A stretch of DNA of 64,000 bases from Candidatus Buchananbacteria bacterium (GCA_014729025.1 WJKP01000011.1:6500-70499), one strand, 5' to 3'. Positions 30,633 to 39,391 are shown, counted from the stretch's first letter. Numbers and translations are program-made. The notes: generated from the sequence alone by a model not told the origin.

Positions 30633-31309
30633 ATATTGATTTATTAACAAAATGCGAATGTAATTGTGTTTTTTGTGATAAGCAGACTGTTAAGGGTGTT
30701 GAATCTATTAATGAACTAAAAGATATTTTGGAGGATTTTAATGAGTCAATAATTTTTTTAGGTGGACAAGAACCATTTAATTTTAAGGATTTAGATTTAT
30801 TAATTGCTTTTTTAAAAAATAAAGCGCCTGATAGCAAAATAATAATAAAATCTTCAGGTTGTTTTGATTATAAAAAATTGCCCCGGGTTTTATTTGAAAA
30901 AATCGAGATAATAGAATTGCCATTATATTCTTGCTCAAGTGAAATACACAATAAAATAATGGGGAATAATCAGGCTTGGGAACTGCTTTTTGCTTTTGTT
31001 GATTTTTTAAAAGAAAATAATTTACAGAATAAAATTTTGTTTCATACAATGGTTTTAAAGGATAATTTTAAAGAATTATTTGCTATTTATGATTTTGTTT
31101 TAGACAATTTACCTGATCAGCAGTATTTTAAGATTATTTACCCCTTGAAAAATATAAGTAAAATAGAATATGAAAAAATTATTGTACCGCAAGATTTAGT
31201 TATTAAGCAGCTATTTGCTGATTTCCCAGAAGATATATTGCAAAATAAAATTGAATTAATAAATTTCCAACCTTCTAAAGAACAAATTAAATTTAGAAAT
31301 GTTTTATAA
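30629..31309 (+). CDS. Small radical SAM-like protein (mini-rSAM, 226 aa)
   Basis: 'LTKCECNCVFCDK' contains CxxxCxxC. 'FLGGQEPF'. No C-terminal auxiliary Cys motif. Confidence 0.6.
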   Translation: MNIDLLTKCECNCVFCDKQTVKGVESINELKDILEDFNESIIFLGGQEPFNFKDLDLLIAFLKNKAPDSKIIIKSSGCFDYKKLPRVLFEKIEIIELPLYSCSSEIHNKIMGNNQAWELLFAFVDFLKENNLQNKILFHTMVLKDNFKELFAIYDFVLDNLPDQQYFKIIYPLKNISKIEYEKIIVPQDLVIKQLFADFPEDILQNKIELINFQPSKEQIKFRNVL

Positions 31310-31314
31310 ATTTT

Positions 31315-33105
31315 ATGAGTCGTGTTGATATAAAAATAGGTTTTGCTTGCAATAATATGTGCCAATTTTGTGTGCAAGGAGATAAAAGGTTTAAATTTAA
31401 AAACCGTACGCTTAATGAAATAAAAAAAGCGTTAAAAACAGCTAACGCGCAAGGCAGTCAGGGGGTTGTTTTTACTGGTGGTGAACCAACATTACATGAC
31501 AATATTTTAGAGGCAGTTAAGTATGCTAATGATTTAGGTTTTCAATCAATTCAGTTGCAAACTAATGGTCGGATGCTGGCTTATTTTGGTTTTTGTCAAA
31601 AATTAATAAAAGCCGGTATAAATGAATTTTCACCAGCCTTGCATGCTTCAATACCCCAAATTCATGATGAATTAACCAGTAGTCCTGGCGCTTGGGAACA
31701 AGTTGTACAGGGTATTAAAAATTTAAAATTATTAAATCAGTTTGTTTTAACAAATACTGTGATAACCAGCAAGAATTATAAAGATTTACCTGCTTTAGCC
31801 AAGTTATTTATTGATTTGGGCGTGGATCAATTCCAGTTTGCTTTTGTTCATATTTTGGGCAGCGCAGCTCAGCATAAAGACTGGCTGGTGCCTCAAAAAT
31901 CAGAGATTATGCCTTACGTAAAAAAGGGGTTAGATGTTGGCATTAAAGCAAACAAGAGGGTTATGACAGAAGCAATTCCGTATTGCTTAATGACTGGTTA
32001 TGAGGATTACATTGCAGAAAAGATAATGCCTGAAACACAAGTTGTTGATGCTGAAGGCGTGATCGCCAGTTATGCTAAATATCGGCATACAGAAGGTAAG
32101 GTTAAGAGCAAAGAATGTGAGACATGCAAATATTTTAAAATTTGCGAAGGTCCGTGGAAAGAATATCCGGAAATTTACGGTTGGAATGAATTTATACCAA
32201 TAAAGAAATTATCAATAAATAAAAAAAAACAAATAAATAATAATTTTAAAAAAAATAAAAATGATATAGCCTTTTTTAATTTTGTTGGTAAATTTAATTT
32301 AATTGATTTTAAGGAGTATTTGCCAAATTTAATCTCATTTAAAATAATAAAAAATGAAAAAAATAGTTATTGCGTATTATTAAAAAATGGCGATGATGAT
32401 GTTTTTTTAAAAACTTATCGATGGCAAGGGAATAAATTTTATAATTTTGTTAAAATTTATAATTCTTTATCAAAAGAAATCAATTTGCCACAGATAATCT
32501 CTATATCTGATTTTGTCGTGCCAGAAACAAATGAAAAAATTTTCCTTGTATTAACTGACTACCTGAAAGATTTGGTTAATAATAAAGATAAATTTAAAGA
32601 AGCAAATCTTAAATTAATAATTGATCAGGTCGTAAGATTGCATCAAATTGATAATGTTATTATTAAAAATAATATGTTTAATAATAAATTTTTTTTAGAT
32701 CAAATGATTATAAAAAATAATCCCATTGATATTAATAAAATCATTTATTATTTAAAAGATAAGCTTGATAAAATTTCAGCCCAGGGTTTGTGTCATTTTG
32801 TTTTAAAACCTGAACATTTTATTTTTAATAAAAATAAAGTATACATGATTGATCTTGATAATATAAGTTATGATTATTTGATATTCGATTTAGCTGCTTT
32901 AATTGAAAGATTTTTATATAAAGATAAATATTCTTATACAAGAAAATATCTAAAAGATTTTGTAACATTATATTTTAAAAAAAATAAAAAAGTTAAATTT
33001 AATAAGAATGTATTGTATCAAGCCTGTAAGTTGATGGCTTATTATCAAAATGGTAGAGCTTTTCAGGATTTTGGACCGCTTGATGAATTTTTCAATGAAT
33101 TATAA
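31315..33105 (+). CDS. Radical SAM (paralog 5) fused to a C-terminal kinase-like (APH/WaaP-like phosphotransferase fold) domain
   Basis: N-terminal domain: 'IGFACNNMCQFCVQG', 'FTGGEPTLH', 'QTNGRML', 'IPYCLM...CETCKYFKICEGPWKEYPEIYGW'. C-terminal 300 aa: 'GLCHFVLKPEHFIF...VYMIDLDNISYDYLIFDLA', paralogous to 34627-35901. The catalytic-loop Asp is replaced (HFV instead of HFD). Confidence 0.75.
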   Translation: MSRVDIKIGFACNNMCQFCVQGDKRFKFKNRTLNEIKKALKTANAQGSQGVVFTGGEPTLHDNILEAVKYANDLGFQSIQLQTNGRMLAYFGFCQKLIKAGINEFSPALHASIPQIHDELTSSPGAWEQVVQGIKNLKLLNQFVLTNTVITSKNYKDLPALAKLFIDLGVDQFQFAFVHILGSAAQHKDWLVPQKSEIMPYVKKGLDVGIKANKRVMTEAIPYCLMTGYEDYIAEKIMPETQVVDAEGVIASYAKYRHTEGKVKSKECETCKYFKICEGPWKEYPEIYGWNEFIPIKKLSINKKKQINNNFKKNKNDIAFFNFVGKFNLIDFKEYLPNLISFKIIKNEKNSYCVLLKNGDDDVFLKTYRWQGNKFYNFVKIYNSLSKEINLPQIISISDFVVPETNEKIFLVLTDYLKDLVNNKDKFKEANLKLIIDQVVRLHQIDNVIIKNNMFNNKFFLDQMIIKNNPIDINKIIYYLKDKLDKISAQGLCHFVLKPEHFIFNKNKVYMIDLDNISYDYLIFDLAALIERFLYKDKYSYTRKYLKDFVTLYFKKNKKVKFNKNVLYQACKLMAYYQNGRAFQDFGPLDEFFNEL

Positions 33106-33111
33106 TTATAT

Positions 33112-34623
33112 ATGATTGATATATATTATAAAAAAGAACTTCAGAGTATTATTGCACCCATGCAGATAGGGCGCCAATATTTTAATTGGGATTTTAAGAA
33201 AATCATTTTAAATCGTATCGGCCCCTATTTTTTACAGGAAATAATTTTTTATTTTTTAAAAGATAATAATAATGCGTTAATGATATATTTGAGAAAAAAT
33301 AATGAATATTATCAATTGGATTACCAAGTTTTAAATGATGAATTATCAGCAAAAAAAATTTTTATTTTATTTGATAATTTATTAATAAAAAAACAAATTA
33401 TTCTTGAAAGAAGTTTAGTTTTTGCAGCCTTGCAAAACAATGAAAAAAATTTTTTAAATCGATTATCTCAAATTGATGAGAAAGAATTAATCAAATTATT
33501 ATCATTACCAGAGATTAAATTTATAAATAATAATGTAGAAGATAGTGATATTAAAATTTTATTTGATTTTAATTTAAATAGTTTTGGCCTTGGCGATTAT
33601 TTGATGAGCGATAGGAGTTTAATTAAAAATGGTTCAAATAATTTTATAATAACTGATTTGTATTCAGTTTTTGAGGGTAATAAAAATTTCAATGCTATTT
33701 ATTCGGATTTGAATTTATGTTTTTCTGAAAATGGGTTATTAGATAAGACCGTTGAACTTATTGATTATAACACCAAGCTTGATTATTTGGATGAAAATTT
33801 AAAAAATACTTATCATTTATTTTTATATAATCAATTTTATAAATTAATAAAAAATTCTTTAAAATTATTTAATTTTAAAGAATACCAGATGAATCCTCAA
33901 AAAGGGATTGATTTGTTATTATCAGAAATTAATAAAATAAAGAAAATAAATATACATTCCTTAGATTCCATGAATGATGAGAAAAATGAATTATATTTAA
34001 ATAATAAAGAATTTATAAAAATTATTGGTAAGCAAATTAAAAAAAATAAAAAAATCATTGGGATTAGCGCAAATTATGCCGAAGGTTTTCCTGATAATGC
34101 GCCTAAAGGCTGGGCCTTGGCTAATTGGTTGGAATTAATTAATTTATTAAGTCAAAAATTTAATGATTTGCATTTTTTTTTATTGCCAGTTAATAATGAA
34201 GATATTTTAAATATAGAAATATCTGAAAATAATTATCATTTTAAAATATTTAATAATTTAAAAGATAAAGTTGATTTGGTTTTTATTGATGAATTGATTA
34301 AAAAATATATTTTTAAAAAAAGCATATTTGATAATATTTTATTAAAAAATACAAGTTTAGAATTTTTAAAAACAGCAATAAGTTTTTGTGATTTGGTAAT
34401 AGCTTTGGATAGTGCTCCGGCTCATATGGCTGCTTCGCTAGAAGTGCCTGTTGTTTCTTTGTTTAGTGAAAAAGGCGATATTAGAAAATTCAAGCCATTG
34501 GGTGATAAATCTTTTACCTTGCATAAAGAAAAAGAAGGGGAATATTTAAATATTAATAATATTTCAGCTCAAGAAGTTTTTGATCTATTAATTAAAGAAA
34601 ATTTAATTATCAAACGAAAATAA
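33112..34623 (+). CDS. Glycosyltransferase family 9-like protein (heptosyltransferase / BAHT-type GT-B fold)
   Basis: C-terminal domain 'KIIGISANYAEGFPDNAPKGWALANWLELINLL...LVIALDSAPAHMAASLEVPVVSLFS' matches the GT9 donor-binding motif (D-S/T-G-P-M-H-L-A-A-A...P-V-V-A-L-F-G). The N-terminal 300 aa are divergent. Confidence 0.55.
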   Translation: MIDIYYKKELQSIIAPMQIGRQYFNWDFKKIILNRIGPYFLQEIIFYFLKDNNNALMIYLRKNNEYYQLDYQVLNDELSAKKIFILFDNLLIKKQIILERSLVFAALQNNEKNFLNRLSQIDEKELIKLLSLPEIKFINNNVEDSDIKILFDFNLNSFGLGDYLMSDRSLIKNGSNNFIITDLYSVFEGNKNFNAIYSDLNLCFSENGLLDKTVELIDYNTKLDYLDENLKNTYHLFLYNQFYKLIKNSLKLFNFKEYQMNPQKGIDLLLSEINKIKKINIHSLDSMNDEKNELYLNNKEFIKIIGKQIKKNKKIIGISANYAEGFPDNAPKGWALANWLELINLLSQKFNDLHFFLLPVNNEDILNIEISENNYHFKIFNNLKDKVDLVFIDELIKKYIFKKSIFDNILLKNTSLEFLKTAISFCDLVIALDSAPAHMAASLEVPVVSLFSEKGDIRKFKPLGDKSFTLHKEKEGEYLNINNISAQEVFDLLIKENLIIKRK

Positions 34624-34626
34624 TTT

Positions 34627-35901
34627 ATGGAAATTGGGATTAGAGATAAAAATGAAAACGATTTAGTCAAAAAAATTATTAATTATAATAAAATTAATAA
34701 TTTAGTAAAACCGATAAAAAGATATGAAATTACGGCGATTGATTTGGTTAATAAAAATTTATATTTAAAAATAAAAAATAACGAGACAGGTGATGTTTTG
34801 CGAATAGTTTTAACTACCAATAAGAGGAAAGATTTATTAAGTATAGATAATAAATTGTTTTTTTACTATTACTCAGATTATTTGAATAAATTTGATAATT
34901 TGCTTTGTAAAAATATAATGAAAATCATGTATAGTAATATTAATAATAATCGAGAATTATTTAATACTGCCATTGATTTAATAAAAAATGAAAATATTTT
35001 TGATAGAGATTTTGAATATTTTGAGGATGAAGATACCGGGCGTAAATTACAAGTAAATAAAAAAAATATAGCGAAATTAGAAAAAAATATTAATTTAAAT
35101 TTAATAAAAAACAAATGGCCCAATATGAATGTTGCTAATGAAATATTTAGTTATGATGAAACAAGACTTCGTTATAAATTAATTGATAAAAATAATCAAG
35201 CTTATTTTTTGAAAATTTTTACCGGTGCCAATAATGATATTGATAATTTAATAAAAATAAATAAATTATTAGCTGATAAAATAAATGTGCCGAAGGTTAT
35301 TGATTTTCAAAAAGATGATAAGTTTTATTGGGTATTATATGAATTTTTAGATCCCGCCAAGATTCTTGATAAACAAAAAATAAATTTAGCAGTTAAAGAA
35401 ATAGTAAAATTTCATAATGTTAAGTTTGATATGGGAAATCAACCAGAAGGTAGTAAATTTAATAAAGTTAAAAATAATTATTATTTATATAAAGAAGAAA
35501 TTATTGATAAGGATATTTTAGAAAAAGCATTAAATTATTTGCAGAATAATCTTGGCCCAAAAGGTTGGTGCCATTTTGATTTAGAAATGAGGCATTTTAT
35601 TTATTCTAATGATAAAATGTATTTAACTGATATTGATTCTATTAAATATGATTATATAGTTTTAGATCTCGGTTTATTTATTCGCTATTTACTTAAAAAA
35701 AATCAGTCGCATTTCATAGCGCCATTAATTGAATTATATTTAAAAAATAATAAGTCTTATAAATTTGATAAAAAAATATTATTTTATGCCACTATTATTA
35801 TGGTATATTATAAAGAGGATGAAAATTTAATTAGTAATCATAATTTACATAAAAATTTGAATCAAGAAATTAATTTAATTAGAAATTATTTTAATATTTA
35901 A
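34627..35901 (+). CDS. Kinase-like protein (APH/WaaP/Kdo-kinase-like phosphotransferase fold)
   Basis: 'GWCHFDLEMRHFIYSNDKMYLTDIDSIKYDYIVLDLG' gives H-x-D catalytic loop plus a DID metal-binding motif. Paralogous to the C-terminal domain of the rSAM fusion. Confidence 0.5.
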   Translation: MEIGIRDKNENDLVKKIINYNKINNLVKPIKRYEITAIDLVNKNLYLKIKNNETGDVLRIVLTTNKRKDLLSIDNKLFFYYYSDYLNKFDNLLCKNIMKIMYSNINNNRELFNTAIDLIKNENIFDRDFEYFEDEDTGRKLQVNKKNIAKLEKNINLNLIKNKWPNMNVANEIFSYDETRLRYKLIDKNNQAYFLKIFTGANNDIDNLIKINKLLADKINVPKVIDFQKDDKFYWVLYEFLDPAKILDKQKINLAVKEIVKFHNVKFDMGNQPEGSKFNKVKNNYYLYKEEIIDKDILEKALNYLQNNLGPKGWCHFDLEMRHFIYSNDKMYLTDIDSIKYDYIVLDLGLFIRYLLKKNQSHFIAPLIELYLKNNKSYKFDKKILFYATIIMVYYKEDENLISNHNLHKNLNQEINLIRNYFNI

Positions 35902-35903
35902 AT

Positions 35904-37412
35904 ATGATACAATTAATTATAAATTATTCTATTGTTTCGCTTATTATTATAATAGGTTTGATAGTTACCCTTACTGATTTTCGAGAAAGCAGAATAAAGA
36001 ATAAATATATTAAATTAGGGATTTATATAGGGTTAATTTATTATATTATATTATTTTTCATTACTGTTTTGTCGCGTTTTTATGCTTTATCTTATTATTT
36101 CCCCCCTCAATATTATTTATTTATTTTAATTAATACTTTAATTGGTTTTATTTTGGCTTTTATTTTGTGGAATCTTAAATTATGGGCCGGAGGCGATGCC
36201 AAGCTTTTTACCCTTTATGTTTTTTTAATACCTTTATTTTTTTATTCAGAAGCATATTTGCCATTTTTCCCAGCTATTAATTTATTAATAAATATAATAA
36301 TTCCTATTTTTATTTATTTATTAATTAAGATGTTAATTTATCCAATCAGCTTATTTATTAGTCATTTGAAAAATCCCAAATTGGTCAAGGAATATTTTAA
36401 AAAACATAGAGAACAAAATAAGTTTGATAAATCAAAAATAAAAGAATATCTAAATAGTGGTCTTAGTTTTTTATTAATTTTAATTTTTTTCCAATTATTA
36501 AGAAATAAAGTTAATGAATTTTTAGATCCTTATTTGGGTAATATGGTTTATGCCACTTATTTTTTTATGGGTTTTGTTATTTTTAAACCATTGAGAGTTT
36601 TTTTAAAAGAAAAAGTTTTGCTTGTTTTAATTGGTGTATCGGCTTATTTTATTATTAGTTACTTTTATTTTCATGAACAGGTTTTTGCAGAATTGCATAA
36701 AGTTTTTGCCTTGCAAATGATTTTTATGATGTCTTATTTTTATATTTTTAAATATGGCCGAGCTTTGGGACAATTTTTATATAATTCAGCAGAAGTTAAA
36801 ATGGTTCCGGTTGAAGAATTAAGTTCTGGCAATTATATTAATAAAGGTTACATAAGAAAAATAATGGGGAATAGGAATAATTTAGATAATTTCAAACAAG
36901 ATATTGAAAATGTTTTGTCAGAAGAAGAACATAATAACTTAGCCCAATTGATTGAGGAAAAGGTGGGGCAAACTGGTAATGAAAAAAAACAATATAAGAT
37001 AATTTCTGTTTTCAGGAATTTACGTCCAGAGAGTGCTTTTAAAATTGCAAAACAGATATTTGAATATAAAAAACAAAAAAAACAAAGAAAAGAATTACTG
37101 GAAACAGTAAAAATAAAATTAAATGATAAGCAGAATAAGACCTTAGATAATATTTTAAATAACAATGATGATATTGATAATTTTTTAAAAAAAATTAAGG
37201 GGAAATTAAGCGAAGAACAAGCTCTAAGATTAAAAAGCATGATTGAAGAAAGGAATAAAGAGGTTGAGGATCAGGGCTTAGAGCCGATTAAACATATTAT
37301 ACTTCATAAAACATTTTCTTTTGCGCCTTTTATGTTATTGGGCGTTATAATTACTTTATTAACCAAAAGTTCAATTATTCATTTGATTTATGAATATATT
37401 TTGCACCGTTAG
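35904..37412 (+). CDS. A24-family (prepilin peptidase/TadV-like) aspartic peptidase homolog with long C-terminal Lys/Glu-rich coiled-coil domain
   Basis: First catalytic-Asp motif 'LTDFRESRIKN' (cf. D-L-R-x-R-R-I-P-N). Second 'LWAGGDAKLFTLYVFLIPL' (cf. GGGDVKLL). About 8 TM helices in the first 290 aa, then a 200-aa charged cytoplasmic tail and a final TM helix. Confidence 0.6.
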   Translation: MIQLIINYSIVSLIIIIGLIVTLTDFRESRIKNKYIKLGIYIGLIYYIILFFITVLSRFYALSYYFPPQYYLFILINTLIGFILAFILWNLKLWAGGDAKLFTLYVFLIPLFFYSEAYLPFFPAINLLINIIIPIFIYLLIKMLIYPISLFISHLKNPKLVKEYFKKHREQNKFDKSKIKEYLNSGLSFLLILIFFQLLRNKVNEFLDPYLGNMVYATYFFMGFVIFKPLRVFLKEKVLLVLIGVSAYFIISYFYFHEQVFAELHKVFALQMIFMMSYFYIFKYGRALGQFLYNSAEVKMVPVEELSSGNYINKGYIRKIMGNRNNLDNFKQDIENVLSEEEHNNLAQLIEEKVGQTGNEKKQYKIISVFRNLRPESAFKIAKQIFEYKKQKKQRKELLETVKIKLNDKQNKTLDNILNNNDDIDNFLKKIKGKLSEEQALRLKSMIEERNKEVEDQGLEPIKHIILHKTFSFAPFMLLGVIITLLTKSSIIHLIYEYILHR

Positions 37413-37434
37413 ATATTTTTGTTAAAATATAGTT

Positions 37435-38844
37435 ATGATAAAAATTTATAATACTTTAACTAAAAAGAAAGAGGAATTTGAGCCACTTAAAGATAAAGTG
37501 GTTAAATTTTATCATTGTGGCCCTACAGTTTACTGGACACAGCATATTGGTAATTTGCGTGGTATGGTAATGGCTGATTTAATTAATCGTTCATTACGTT
37601 ATTTGGGTTATAAAGTAAAACTGGCGCGTAATTATACTGATGTCGGTCATTTGACTTCTGATCAGGACGAAGGTGAAGATAAAATAGCTAAAGGGGCCCA
37701 ACGTGAAGGTTTAAGTCCGCAGCAGATCGCCCAAAAATATATTAAAATTTTTGAACAAGATGTTAAGAAATTAAATATTCTAGAACCAGAAGTAAAACCC
37801 TTGGCAACCAAGCATGTTAAAGAAATGATTGATATGGTTAAGAATTTATTGGCGAAAGGTTATGCATATACGACTGATTTGGCTGTTTATTTTGATGTTA
37901 GCAAAACGCCTAATTACAATCAGTTATCCGGTAAAAAATTGGAAGAACAAATTAAAGGCGCTGGTAAGGGGGATGTTGAAGATCCCGGTAAAAAACATGC
38001 AGCTGATTTTGCTTTATGGTTTTTTAAGGCAGGTAAACATAAAAACGCTTTGCAAACTTGGTTTTCACCTTTTGAATCTTCTTTGGTTAAAGATGGTGAG
38101 GGGTTTCCTGGCTGGCATATTGAATGTTCAGCCATGAGTAAAAAATATTTAGGCAAGACTATTGATATTCATCTGGGCGGAGTAGAACATATTCCGGTTC
38201 ATCATACTAATGAGATTGCTCAGAGTGAAGCAGCCAATGAGGTTAAATTCGTCAATTATTGGCTGCATAACGAACATTTAACAGTTGATAATGGTAAAAT
38301 GGCCAAATCAGAAGGTACTGGTTATTCTTTACAAGAAATAGAAGATAAAGGGTTCGAAGCCTTGGCTTTACGTTATTTTTTTCTGCAGGCTCATTATCGT
38401 TCCAAACAAAATTTCACCTGGCAAGCGTTAGAAGCTGCTCAAAATGGTTATGATCATTTAAAAAATCAAATATTGGGTTTGGGTAAGAAAAAAGGCAGAA
38501 TTAATGCTGAATTTAAGACAGACTTTATTCAAGCGATCAGTGATGATTTTAATATCCCGCAGGCTTTAGCCGTGGCACATGATGTTTTAAAATCAGATTT
38601 AAGTGAAGCCGATAAATTAGCCACTATTTTGGATTTTGACCAAGTACTAGGTTTGAATCTGGCAAAAGTGAAAAAAGAAAAAATTAAAATTCCAGCCAAA
38701 GTAATCAAATTGGTTGAACAGCGTGAAGCAGCTAGAGCAATCAAAGATTGGGATCAATCGGATAAATTAAGAGATAAGATAAATCAATTAGGTTATCAAG
38801 TTGAAGATACTAATCAAGGCCAAGTAATTAAAAAGATTAGGTAA
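37435..38844 (+). CDS. cysS: Cysteine--tRNA ligase
   Basis: Class I HIGH 'YHCGPTVYWTQHIGN'. Zn-binding Cys/His. KMSKS variant 'GKMAKSEG'. C-terminal DALR-like anticodon-binding domain. Confidence 0.92.
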   Translation: MIKIYNTLTKKKEEFEPLKDKVVKFYHCGPTVYWTQHIGNLRGMVMADLINRSLRYLGYKVKLARNYTDVGHLTSDQDEGEDKIAKGAQREGLSPQQIAQKYIKIFEQDVKKLNILEPEVKPLATKHVKEMIDMVKNLLAKGYAYTTDLAVYFDVSKTPNYNQLSGKKLEEQIKGAGKGDVEDPGKKHAADFALWFFKAGKHKNALQTWFSPFESSLVKDGEGFPGWHIECSAMSKKYLGKTIDIHLGGVEHIPVHHTNEIAQSEAANEVKFVNYWLHNEHLTVDNGKMAKSEGTGYSLQEIEDKGFEALALRYFFLQAHYRSKQNFTWQALEAAQNGYDHLKNQILGLGKKKGRINAEFKTDFIQAISDDFNIPQALAVAHDVLKSDLSEADKLATILDFDQVLGLNLAKVKKEKIKIPAKVIKLVEQREAARAIKDWDQSDKLRDKINQLGYQVEDTNQGQVIKKIR

Positions 38845-38848
38845 GCTT

Positions 38849-39391
38849 ATGACATTTTTATATTTGTTTTTAACACTTGCCTTACTTATTTTTTTGTATT
38901 TATTAATTTTTCGTTATAAAGTACCCTGGGTACCGATTTGGCAAAAAGATTTGGATCGTCTAAATGAATTAATTGAATTGTCAGATAATAAAGTTTTTTA
39001 TGATCTAGGTTGCGGGAATGGTCGGGTGCTTTTTTATTTTGCACAAAAATATCCACAGGTTAATTTTATTGGCATTGAACTATCATTGATTTTGTATTTT
39101 ATCTGTCAGTTTAGGAAATATTTAGGCAGATATGAAAATGTAAAAATAAAATTAGGTGATTATATGAAAACCGACTTGAATCAGGCTGATTATGTTTTTG
39201 TGTTTGCCAATCAGGAACCGATGCAGCAAATCGGCGCTAAGATAGAAAAAAAAGTGCATAAAAATTTAATTTTAATTTCTTATTGTTTTGAGATTAATAA
39301 TTGGCAGGATTTTTTAATCAAAAAAGATAAACCTTCGCCTGCTGATAATATTATTTATATTTATCAATATCAAAAGAAAAAAAAGTATTAA
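38849..39391 (+). CDS. Small class I SAM-dependent methyltransferase
   Basis: N-terminal TM-like stretch, then motif I 'FYDLGCGNGRVL' and motif II 'DYVFVF'. Confidence 0.55.
   Translation: MTFLYLFLTLALLIFLYLLIFRYKVPWVPIWQKDLDRLNELIELSDNKVFYDLGCGNGRVLFYFAQKYPQVNFIGIELSLILYFICQFRKYLGRYENVKIKLGDYMKTDLNQADYVFVFANQEPMQQIGAKIEKKVHKNLILISYCFEINNWQDFLIKKDKPSPADNIIYIYQYQKKKKY

Noticed and set aside
36848-37240. 130-aa minus-strand ORF inside the A24 peptidase gene
   Set aside because: Antisense shadow ORF in the Lys-rich C-terminal region.
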